A stretch of DNA of 64,000 nt from assembly GCA_963842525.1 (NCBI GenBank), contig CAWJGT010000003.1:1440001-1504000 (forward strand). Direction: 5' to 3'. The position numbers and the translations under genes were made by a program. Position 1 is the stretch's first letter. Every line of letters begins with the position of its first letter. This DNA comes from an uncultured Holophagales bacterium (GTDB lineage Bacteria > Acidobacteriota > Thermoanaerobaculia > Multivoradales > UBA5704). The notes beneath the pieces were generated by a model. The model had not been told where the DNA came from, searched no databases, and worked only from the letters and a program-made list of their open reading frames with translations. This document shows, piece by piece, positions 55,135-64,000 of the stretch.

Positions 55135-58100
55135 GACGCCTGCTGCTCACTGGCCAGGAGCACGAGGATCTCTTCCTCCGACAGCTGGTCGAGCTCGGTC
55201 AGCAGAGCGGCCACCTCCCCGGCGTCGGCCCGCTCGACCTGGAGCTTGCCGATGGTTCTGGCGAGGTTGCCCACATTGGGAGCTTCCTCGAACAACGCCG
55301 ACAACGGCACGTCCACGGCGAAGACCTCGCGCACCCGCGACAGGACCTGGACGGCCAGGAGCGAGTGCCCGCCGAGATCGAAGAAGTGGTCGTGGACTCC
55401 CACCCGGTCGACGCCCAGCAGCTCGCGCCAGATTTCGGCCAGCTCCTCTTCGGTCGTGGTCCGCGGCGCCACATAGCCGCTCGCAAGTCCGGGGCGGATC
55501 TCACGGCCGGCGCGGAGAGCCGCCAGGATCTGCGCCGGCGTGGCGAGCTCGCGGGCGATGCGGCGCATCCGGGCCGAGGACAAGGGGGGATGGGTGTCCC
55601 GCGCCGTCTTGTCCGCGGCCTCCGGCCGCGCGGTGTCGAGCTCCGGCCGGTGGACGGCCGCGGCAGCGATCCCGGCCGGCAGGGCGAAGAGCCACCCCTC
55701 TCCCGCCGGCTGGCGGAACGCCGCGCCGGCCTGGGTCAGGAAGTCGAGGACGGGCTGGTTTTTGCGCGTGGGTTGGTAGGGGATCTCGACCCGGGCCAGG
55801 CCGCGCTCGCGGGCGATGGCGCCCAACTGCGCCAGGAGCCGGTGCTCGACCCCGCGTCCCAGGGCACGGCAGCTCAGGAGCAGCGTCTCGACCGCGAGCG
55901 CTCCTGCCGCGGCCCGCCAGAAGACGGCTCCCACCAAGCCGTAGTCGCCGAACCGGTCGCGGACCTCCACCAGGAGGCACTCGTGGCCGCCCGGCCCGCA
56001 AAGGTCGCGGACCTCCTCCACGCTGCGCCGGATCGTCGTCGCGTTGAACTGGTTCGTCCGCTGCGTCAGTTGGGCCACGCGCGGCAGCCGCTCCGGCGTC
56101 AGCGCGGGGAAGCTCACCGCCAGCTCCAGACCGGCGAGGAAGTCGGCCAGCGTCGGCGCCGCGCCGCGCAGCCGCTCGCGCAGCCGCTCCTGCCGGTAGA
56201 GGAGAGTCCGCTCGCGGTCCTCGGCCGTGGTCGTGGTCTCGAGGGCGTCGAAGGCCCAGATCTGCGCGAGGAGCCCGGGGATCTCCGCCGGATCTGCGGG
56301 GAGCTGGAGAACCAGCGCCTCGGGGCAGCCCGCCTGCATCTCGGCGCAGACCACCGGGTCGTCGTCCAGCACGACGAAGCTGTCGAGGCCCAGGCGGAGC
56401 TCGGCGGCCAACGAGCGCAGATTCTCCGCCTTCGACATCCAGTTGATGCGTTCGGCCGTGATGTGCTCGCGGCGCAGCGGCATGTCGGCCCGCCGGGCGA
56501 AGACCTCGGCCACGTCCTCTTCGTTGTTGCGGCTGCACAGGCAGAGGAGGATGCCGCGGTCGTGCAGGGCCACGGCGAATTCCTGGAGGGCGCGGCGCGG
56601 AGGATCGATCGCGATGCCCAGCGGGCCGTCCTCGCCGCAGACCCCTGTCCACAGCGTCTGGTCGCAGTCGAGGACCAGGACCTTGGCGGACGGGCTTTGC
56701 AGGCGCACCAGGCGGCGGATGATCAGCGTGCCCAGCGCGGCGAACAGCTCCGCGGTGTAGGGGATGTGCCCCAGCTCCTCGCCATGGGGATCGTGCCAGG
56801 CGGCGACCGGGTAGAGGGCCGCGAGCTCGTCCGAGGTGACCAGATGGATACCGGCGCAGCCCGCGAGGTCCGCGGCCAGCTCCTTTTCGGTCCGCCGGAA
56901 CAGAGCGGCGCGACGGTGATCGGCGCGGGCCGCCGGTGAAACCGGGGTGATGCAGACCAGGCAGGGGACGCGCAGGCGGCCCGCCGCCGCCCGCAGAGCG
57001 CCGGACAGCTCGCCGGCCGTCCGGGCGAGCCGCTCCTCCTCGGTGCCTTCCCCGCTGCCGGCCGGGGTGTCTTCCGGGGTGCGCAGCCAGTCCTCGCAGC
57101 GGACCAGGGCCACGTTCATCCCGGAGGCGTTGCGGGCGAAGAGGCTTCCGGGATCGAGGAGCTGCTGGAAGAGCTGGCCGTACGGAGCGAAACGGACCCG
57201 GAGGGGCAGCTCCAGCTCCCTCCCCCAGAACGCGAGGACATCCGTGACAGGCTCGGCGGTGAAGGTGGCGGCCACCGCGATCGTCGGCCTTGCCGGGTAG
57301 ACCGGGCGGACGCGTGCCGTGAGGTCTGGATGGAGGGGGAGATGCGACAGCGGGGCGTCGGGGTCCCCGGCGCAACTCCGCGCCAGGTCGATCAGGGACT
57401 CGACCCAGCGGTCCATCGTCTCCGCTGCGAAGAGGCCGGTGTCATAACCCAGCACTCCTCGGAGGCTCTCTCCCTGCCGCAGGAACGTGAGGAACAGATC
57501 GAACTCCGTCGCTCCCTGGCCGAGCTCGGGCGGAGCGAAAGTCAGCCCGGCGGCGCGCAGCTCCCGCACCGGCCGGTCGAGCAGGCCGAGCATCACACGG
57601 AACAGGGGCGCCGCGTCGCCGGAGCCCGCGGGCCGCGACGGCCGCGTCGCGGCGACCACCTTCGCGAACGGCACGTCCTGGTGGGCGAAGGCATCGAGGG
57701 CCGTGCGCCGCACCCTCCCCACGAGCTGGCGGAAAGTCGGGTCCCCGGAAAGATCGGTGCGCAGGGCCAGCGGATAGGCGAAGAAGCCGACCACCGGCTC
57801 GAGCCCGGGCCGCGGCCGGCCCGCCACCGGGCAGCCGACGACCAGGTCGTCCTCCCCGGTCCAGCGATGGAGGAGCGCCAGGAAGACCGCGAGGAGGGTC
57901 ATGAACGGCGTGGCCCCGGCACTCCGGCCGATCTCGCGCAGCGCAGAGGAGAGCTCGGCGGGCAGGACGAACGACCGGTGCCCGCCCTGCCGTCTGGAGG
58001 GCGCGGCCCCGCCCGGCCGCGGAAAATCCAGCGGCAGCTCCAGGTCGCCGGCTCCCGCGAGCTGCGTCGTCCAGGAGTCGAGGTGCGGTGCCAGGCTCTC

Positions 58101-60843
58101 CGGCCGCATCCAGCCCCGCTGCCAGGCCGCGAAGTCCGCAAACCGGACCGTCGGCCCGGGGGGCGGTGCGGGCGCTCCCGCTGCGAGCGCACCGTAGATC
58201 ATGGCCAGATCCTCCACACAGAGGACCAGCGAGCCCAGGTCGCACACGGCGTGATGAACGGTCAGGAGCAGGCGGTGCTCCTGAGCGTCCAGGCGCAACA
58301 GCCGCGCCCGCAGGAGAGGGCCGCGGGGAGGCTCGAACGGCCGGAACGCCTCCTCCGCGGCCAGGCGCTCCGCCCGGGCCCGCCGTTGCGGCGCGGGAAG
58401 GCCGGTGAGATCCACCACGGGGAGCGCGAGAGCGGGGAGCGCCAGAGTAAGATTCGGAGCGATCCGCTGCACCGGCCGGCCCTGTTCCACCGCGAACGTG
58501 GTGCGCAAGCTGGCGTGGCGCCGCACCAGCTCGCGAAGGCTGCGCTCCAGGCATTCCAGGTCGAGAGGCCCGGCGAGAGGCACCACGGCGGGGATCTGGA
58601 GGGCCGGATCGCCGGGGGCGAGCTGATCGAGAAACCAGAGGCGCTCCTGCTCGAACGAGACGGGGAACGCGGTGTTCTCAGGGGAGCTCAGGGAGCGCGG
58701 GAGCCGGGGTCACCGGCGGGACGCCTGGTGGCGGCGAGCGGGTGCCGATCCGCTCGAGCATCCGGGCTGCCAGGTCCTCGGGAGTCCCGTCCGCCAGGAG
58801 CTCGGCGACCTCCAGGGAGGCTCCCAGAGCGGTTTCGAGCTCGTTGCGGATCTCGACGGCCATCAACGAGTCGAGGCCCAACCCGGCCAGGGGGCGGTCG
58901 GCCGCCACGCGGGATGGAGAGACACGCAAGGCCCGGGCAGCGCAGTCGCGCAGGAAACCGGTGAGCACCGGTGCGCGGTCCTCGGGCGCCAGAGAGAGCA
59001 GGGCGTCGCGGCTCAGCGGAGCAGCGGCGAGCGCGGCCTCGTCCGCTTCGTCCGCCTCGTCTGCCGGAAGCCGGCTGCGCCCCACCTCGCTCAGCTCGCC
59101 CGCCCGCCAGGCGGCCCGGCAGGCCCGGCGACGGACCTTGCCGCTGGACGTCCTGGGCAGCGTCTCGGGACGGATCAGGACGACCTCGGCTACGGCGGCC
59201 TCGTGCTCCTCGGCCACCGCGGAGCGCACGGCTGCGGCGATCTCCTCCACTGTGGCGCTGGCGTGACGCCGCACCTCGTGCACCACGATGAGCCGCTCGG
59301 TGTCTTCCGGGGCCTCCGGCGTCTCCGGGGTCTCCGGGTCGTCTGCGTTCACGCCGAAGGCGGCGCCGCCTCCAGGCAGCAGGTCGGGATGGCTGGCCTC
59401 GGCCGTCCGCTCGATGTCCTGGGGATGCAGGTTGCGCCCGCGCAGGATGATGAGGTCCTTGAGGCGGCCGGTGATCAGGAGCCCGCCGTCCGCCAGAAAG
59501 CCGAGATCGCCGGTGCGCAGGAAGGGACCCTCTCCCCCGGCCAGACGGGCGCCGAACGTTGCGGCGGTCTCCTCGGGACGGCCCCAATACCCCTGTGCCA
59601 CGCTCGGCCCGGCGATCCAGATCTCGCCCTCGCGGTCCGCGGCCAGGGGCTCGCCCGGCGTTCCCATCGATGGGTCGACGATCACCACCCGCTGCCCGCC
59701 GAGCGGCCGGCCGCAGCCGACGAGCCGCCGCGCCGGCTCATCGCCAACCGGCACCTCGATCCGCCCCGCCGCCAGCGCCGCAGCGCCGAACCGGCCCACG
59801 ACCGGCAGCCGGTCCGGATCGCCGCCCGAGACCATCAGTGTCGCCTCGGCCAGGCCGTAGCAGGGATAGGCGGACGCCGCGCGGAATCCGCAGCGCGCAA
59901 ACGCCGCGGCGAAGCGCTCGAGCGTCGCGGCGTGCACCGGCTCGGCGCCATTGAAGGCGACGCGCCACGACGACAGATCGAGCCCCGAGAGATCCGCCCC
60001 GGCGGCCTTGCGCACACAGAGGTCATAGGCGAAGCTCGGGCCGCCGCTGGTGGTCGCGCGGTAGCGGGAGACCGCCTCCAACCAACGCAGCGGGCGCTGC
60101 AGGAACGCGACCGGCGCCATGAGCACGCAGGAGGCACCCGTCCAGGCCGCCTGCAACACCTGACCGATCAGGCCGAGGTCGTGATAGAGGGGGAGCCAGG
60201 AGACGAACACGGAGTCGTGGGAGTGGCCGCAGGCCTCCTGAATCAGGTTCTGGTTGTGCACCAGGTTGCCGTGGCTGACCATGACCCCTTTCGGGGCGGA
60301 CGTCGAGCCCGAGGTGTACTGCAGGAACGCCAGATCGTCGCGGCCCGTCCCGGGATCTAGCCACGCGCGCAGGGGGGAAAGGTCGTCTGCGGCCAACCAG
60401 GGGAGCGGTCCCGTGGCAAGATCCGTTGCGAGCCCATTGCGCAGGCGAGGGAGCCATGTGGACGCGGTGACGGCAACGGCGGGCCGGCAGTCCTCGACGA
60501 GGCCGCGCAGGCGGGGGAACGCTCGCGCCGAACGCGGCGGATAGGCCGGCACAGCCACGATCCCCGCGTACAGACAGCCGAAGAAAGCCGCGACGAAATC
60601 GAGGCCGGGCGGAAAGAGCAGCAGGGCCCGGTCCCCGGGTGCGCAGGAAACCTGGAGAGCGGCGGCGATCGTCCTGGCCCGCCGGTCGAGATCGCTCCAC
60701 GTCAGGTGCTCGGCTTCGGTTGCGCCGTCTTGCAGGAAGGTGAAGGCCTGGCGCTCAGGGTGGCAGCGGGCCCGCTCGCGGAGCGCCTCGTCGACGGTCT
60801 GGAATCCTGGAGCTGATACGGCGATGATTTCCCCTTTTCTCAA
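55131..60843 (-). CDS. FAAL-ACP-C-FkbH(glyceryl transferase/HAD-IIIC)-ACP; frameshift at ~58683
   Basis: FAAL: FLQYTSGST and WLPLYHDLGLIG. ACP: GLDSL. C: VSFEQERLWF and HHAVCDL. FkbH: VAATFTAEP, APYGQLFQQL, VLDCDQTLW, CSRNN, LDDDP, RTNQFN, DRFGDYGLVG and LSCR. ACP: GGHSL. ATGA overlap with the downstream gene. Start codon uncertain. Confidence 0.9.
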
Positions 60844-60999
60844 CAGCGGAGCTCACAGTAGCGCACTGCGGCCTTTCAGAATGTCTAGTGCACAAAGGGG
60901 AAGATGTGGGACAACTCGGCACCTAAACGCAGGATCCGCCTCGGTCACCCCGGCGCCCCCTGCGGCTGCCACCTCCGAGGCGGGGGCTTGCTGCGAGCC

Positions 61000-62016
61000 C
61001 TACTTTTGGGGAACAGGAAAGAGCACATACCGACTGACCTCGGGGCCATCTTCCACCAGCAGGAGATGCGGCGTCTTGCCGATGAAAACTCGGGCCACGG
61101 CCTCTGCATTGGCGAAGGTTGCCGTCTCCTGAGGCAGCTCTCTCGGCTGCGGGGTGCCGCCGTCAGGGAGAAACCAGAGAAACCACTTGGCTTGAACCAT
61201 GCCGTCCGGGGGATCCGGAGAAAGCCCCGCCAGGATCCAAAGGCCGTGCACTTCGGGGTCATAGAACATCCCTCGGATTCCGCTTCCTTTCAGATTCAGA
61301 GACGCCTTGACCTCAGCCTTCAAGGGATTCGCGCTCGGGTCCTTGACCTCCAGCACGATGGCATCCTCGTTCGAGTCGGGCTTCCGACTCTTACCGAAGG
61401 TCTCTGTCGGCGAGCGCAGCCCCAGCAGCAGGTGCCCCTCCTGGTTCCAGGCCGCTCCTTCGATGTTGAAGCCGGACTGGGCCGATGTGCGTTTCGTCGC
61501 CTCCTGGAGCTTGGAGGGCACCATCAGATCGAGCACAGGGGCTTTGTCCACCGTGACACCGTCGGCTCCGATAGCCAGGCGGACGATCGCGTATCGCTCG
61601 GGCTTCTCGTCCCGGCCTTTGCCCGTGCGATTGACGCTGTGGGAGGTAACGAGGAAAACGTTCGACTGCCGGTCCCAGGCCACGTCCTCCAAGTCATCCA
61701 GCCCCCGGGGCTTGCCGTCGATGCCCTTGAGCTTTCCATTCATCGCCAACGATTGGAAATCGGTTTTCTTCACTGTTCCGGTCTTCAGTCGCTCCGTGGC
61801 CTGCTGCAGCAGCAAGACCGACTCGCCCTCATCGGCGACGACGAGAAGACGGTCGCCTGGCAGGAACGCCGTGCCCGAGACCTCGGGGACCTGGATCTCC
61901 CCGACAATGACTTTGCTCGGGGCCACAACAGGACCCTGTGCGGCGCTGTTGTGCATACAGCATACGAGCGACAAGGAGACTGCTGCTCCTGTCCGCAAGG
62001 GAATCTGCCATCTCAT
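61000..62016 (-). CDS. Secreted beta-propeller protein, DUF3616-like
   Basis: AGGAGG RBS and signal peptide. Motifs DLEDVAW, VTSHS, FNIEGAAW, LLLGLRSP and GIRG. Confidence 0.7.
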   Translation of the reverse strand: MRWQIPLRTGAAVSLSLVCCMHNSAAQGPVVAPSKVIVGEIQVPEVSGTAFLPGDRLLVVADEGESVLLLQQATERLKTGTVKKTDFQSLAMNGKLKGIDGKPRGLDDLEDVAWDRQSNVFLVTSHSVNRTGKGRDEKPERYAIVRLAIGADGVTVDKAPVLDLMVPSKLQEATKRTSAQSGFNIEGAAWNQEGHLLLGLRSPTETFGKSRKPDSNEDAIVLEVKDPSANPLKAEVKASLNLKGSGIRGMFYDPEVHGLWILAGLSPDPPDGMVQAKWFLWFLPDGGTPQPRELPQETATFANAEAVARVFIGKTPHLLLVEDGPEVSRYVLFPVPQK

Positions 62017-62129
62017 GATCGAAACCTCCTGGTATTGAGACGGACGGAGGAGCGCTTTTCGTTGAGGACGCGCGGGCAGAGCCTAGCCTGGGCCGTCCTT
62101 CATCGGAGTCTGGCCGGGATTGTCCACGT

Positions 62130-62364
62130 GTTGTGCACGCGCAAGTACAGCGAAATCGGCGAGGAGCTCGCGGCCGCCAGCCGTGAGCAGGCGGCGCGCG
62201 CCGCCCGCGCCGAGACCATGCGTGCGCGAGCGGAGCTCGAAGCTCTGCGGAGTCAGCTCAATCCCCGCTTCATCCTCAACACCTTCCATGCGCTGATCGG
62301 CCTGGTGCGCAACACTGGCGACGAGCGCCTGCTGGTCCTCGCCACCCTGGCGCCCTCGCCTTGA
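62130..62364 (+). pseudogene. Relic of a LytS/AlgZ-family histidine kinase joined to a cupin-like tail
   Basis: RARAELEALRSQLNPRFILNTFHAL versus the family consensus LxxLxAQINPHFLFNxL (His->Arg). It runs abruptly into NTGDERLLVLATLAP and a stop; there is no ATPase domain. Confidence 0.6.
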
Positions 62365-62379
62365 GGGCGGCGCCCCGCT

Positions 62380-62665
62380 GCGCGGACCGTGGTCCCTCAT
62401 GTGCGGAGCGCAGTCCCGGTGACACGGACCGTGGTCCCCGCGCCACGCCCGAGGTCCGTGTGACCCGGAGCGCGCTCCCAGTCACGCGGAGCGCGCTCCC
62501 AGCCACTGGGACTGTGCTCCCTGTTGCGCGGGCTGTGGTCCCAGTGACACGGACCTCGAGCCGTGCGCCATACCGGTGGTCCCAGCGACGCGGACCGTGG
62601 TCCGCCTGACGCGGCTCGAAGTCCGCATGTGGGGACGGAGAATCCAGCCGCGGGGACGCGCGGTC
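62380..62665. repeat. Degenerate ~21-bp tandem repeat tract
   Basis: Units such as acccggagcgcgctcccagtc, acgcggagcgcgctcccagcc, acacggaccgtggtccccgcg and acgcggaccgtggtccgcctg recur with a period of about 21 nt. Confidence 0.7.
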
Positions 62666-62811
62666 GGGCAAGGGGCTTCGCGAAGCTAGAGCTGCGCCGG
62701 TCCCAGCTCGTCGAAGAAGCTCCGGATATCCACCTCCAGCACACCGTTGGGTCGTTAGAACTCGTCGTTCTTCAACGCATTTCCTCGCAGCTTTGATCAT
62801 TACCAAGCGGC

Positions 62812-64000
62812 TCAGCCGACGGCGGTCGATGTCTCGGGCATCGCCTCGGCAAGAGGCGCGCCAACGCTGGCCAATTCAGGCCGCGGCGCATCCGCCAGCT
62901 CGGTCTCGACGTGCCGCAGCCGGGGGTTGAGGAACGAGACGCAGACGGCCAGGAGGATGAAGGCTCCCATCACCATGAAGAGGAAGCCGACGCCGCGCCC
63001 CTCCCCCACGCCGATGAGCCGGCCGACAGAGCCGGCGAGCGCGCCGCCCGGCGCGAGCATCGGCTCGAAGATCTTATCGGCGAGCGGCCCGGCGACGGCG
63101 AAGGCGAGGGGGAGCGACGCAGAGACGACAAGGCCGCGGATGGCGAAGACGCGGCCCTGGAGGTCGAGCGTCACCTTGCTCTGCCAGATCGCCTGGGTGG
63201 CGCTCCCGACGAACGGCCCGGTCATCATGAAGGCGAAGACGGCCCCCGCGACGAGCGGGATGCTGGGTTGCAGGCCGCCGAGGAAGAGGATCAGCGCCTG
63301 GACGACCATGGCGCCGAAGATCCCCCAGACGCGCTGCCGTGGCCCTCCCCAGACGGTGAGGAGCAGGCCGCCGAGCAGCAGGCCGGCGGCGCCGGCGGAA
63401 TTCACGGTGCCGAGCTGCTCGGGGGTGGCGAAGCTGAGGATCAGGGGCGTCAGCAGCGCCTGCACGATGCCGAGCGCGAAGCTGGCGATCCCGAACAGCA
63501 GGAGCAGGCTGAAGAGCCCGGGGCGCTCCCGGATGTAGCGCCAGCCGAGCAGGGAGTCGTGCCAAAACGGTTGGGTCCCGGTCCCGGAAGCGGGCGGCCG
63601 CGGGATGCGCACGATCAGCACGGACAGGGCGGCGATCAGGAAGGTGAAAAAGTCGATCAGGATCACGCCGTGGACGCCGATCTTGCCGATCAGGATGCCG
63701 GCGAGGAGCGGCGCCGCCATGCCGGTGATGGCCGCGGCGGTCTGCGACAGGCTGCTGGTGCGCACGAGCAGGTGGCGTGGCACCAGCGCGCTGGCCGAGG
63801 CGATGAAGGCCGGCCCCTGGACAACCGCAAAGGCGGTCATCACCGCGGCGACGATGTAGGCGTACCACGGCTGCATCCGCCCGGTGTACAGGGCCGCGAC
63901 CATGAGCAGCGTCGCGGCCGCGGAGCCCAGGTTGCACAGGAGCAGGACGCGGCGGCGGTCGAAGCGGTCGGCTATCGAGCCCGCGACCGGGGTGAGCACC
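62812..64000 (-). CDS. MFS transporter (DHA3/macrolide-efflux-like), 5' end outside the window
   Basis: GSIADRFDRRR (motif A), multiple hydrophobic helices, WQSKV..DLQGRVFA and AGPLADKIFEP. This type is commonly seen next to NRPS clusters. Confidence 0.88.
   Translation of the reverse strand, partial: VLTPVAGSIADRFDRRRVLLLCNLGSAAATLLMVAALYTGRMQPWYAYIVAAVMTAFAVVQGPAFIASASALVPRHLLVRTSSLSQTAAAITGMAAPLLAGILIGKIGVHGVILIDFFTFLIAALSVLIVRIPRPPASGTGTQPFWHDSLLGWRYIRERPGLFSLLLLFGIASFALGIVQALLTPLILSFATPEQLGTVNSAGAAGLLLGGLLLTVWGGPRQRVWGIFGAMVVQALILFLGGLQPSIPLVAGAVFAFMMTGPFVGSATQAIWQSKVTLDLQGRVFAIRGLVVSASLPLAFAVAGPLADKIFEPMLAPGGALAGSVGRLIGVGEGRGVGFLFMVMGAFILLAVCVSFLNPRLRHVETELADAPRPELASVGAPLAEAMPETSTAVG

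Noticed and set aside
60983-61000. Hairpin GGGCTTGC-T-GCGAGCCC next to the DUF3616-like gene stop as a terminator
   Set aside because: The loop is too small unless the stem is shortened, and there is no U-tract in the transcription direction.
60904-62130. 486-aa plus-strand ORF as a full histidine kinase
   Set aside because: Most of it is antisense to the DUF3616-like gene; only the last ~70 codons resemble a kinase fragment.
62380-62665. Possible CRISPR array
   Set aside because: Units are contiguous and degenerate with no unique spacers, and there are no cas genes.

Overview
This GC-rich window is almost entirely one large hybrid NRPS/PKS biosynthetic locus. The style suggests Acidobacteriota (Thermoanaerobaculia-like) or a myxobacterium, but that is inference. 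Six single-base frameshifts, mostly in short homopolymers and probably long-read errors, break the ORF track. After repair there are three assembly-line arms. (1) Leftward arm, 27918 to the left edge: KS-AT-ACP-Cy-A(Cys)-MT-T, then a giant NRPS with predicted modules Gly, Ile/Val, Orn-like, Ala, Ile/Val/Leu and Pro-like, plus a seventh C domain. (2) A divergent gene, 28177-36780: FAAL-ACP-C-A-T-KS-AT-ACP. Its A domain lacks the conserved alpha-amino-binding Asp, its KS has Cys->Ser, and it carries two in-frame palindromic insertions. It is followed by a DUF5916-type outer-membrane protein and a sulfotransferase-SCP2 fusion. (3) A leftward operon, 60843-40447: FAAL-ACP-C-FkbH-ACP translationally coupled to a glycosyltransferase-NRPS-PKS fusion. 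That fusion has a gutted Ser A domain, an AT-less KS with His->Asn and a truncated final C domain, and is followed by a pair of nucleotidyltransferase-fold genes. At the right end are a DUF3616-like gene, a histidine-kinase relic, a 21-bp repeat tract and a partial MFS exporter. No TE, E domain, MbtH, PPTase, RNA gene, CRISPR array or transposase was seen. The best novelty candidate is arm 3, an apparent on-assembly-line acyl-glycerate-glycoside (glycoglycerolipid-like) starter for a peptide, with candidate sulfation and nucleotidylation enzymes nearby. All domain boundaries and specificity codes were read by eye.
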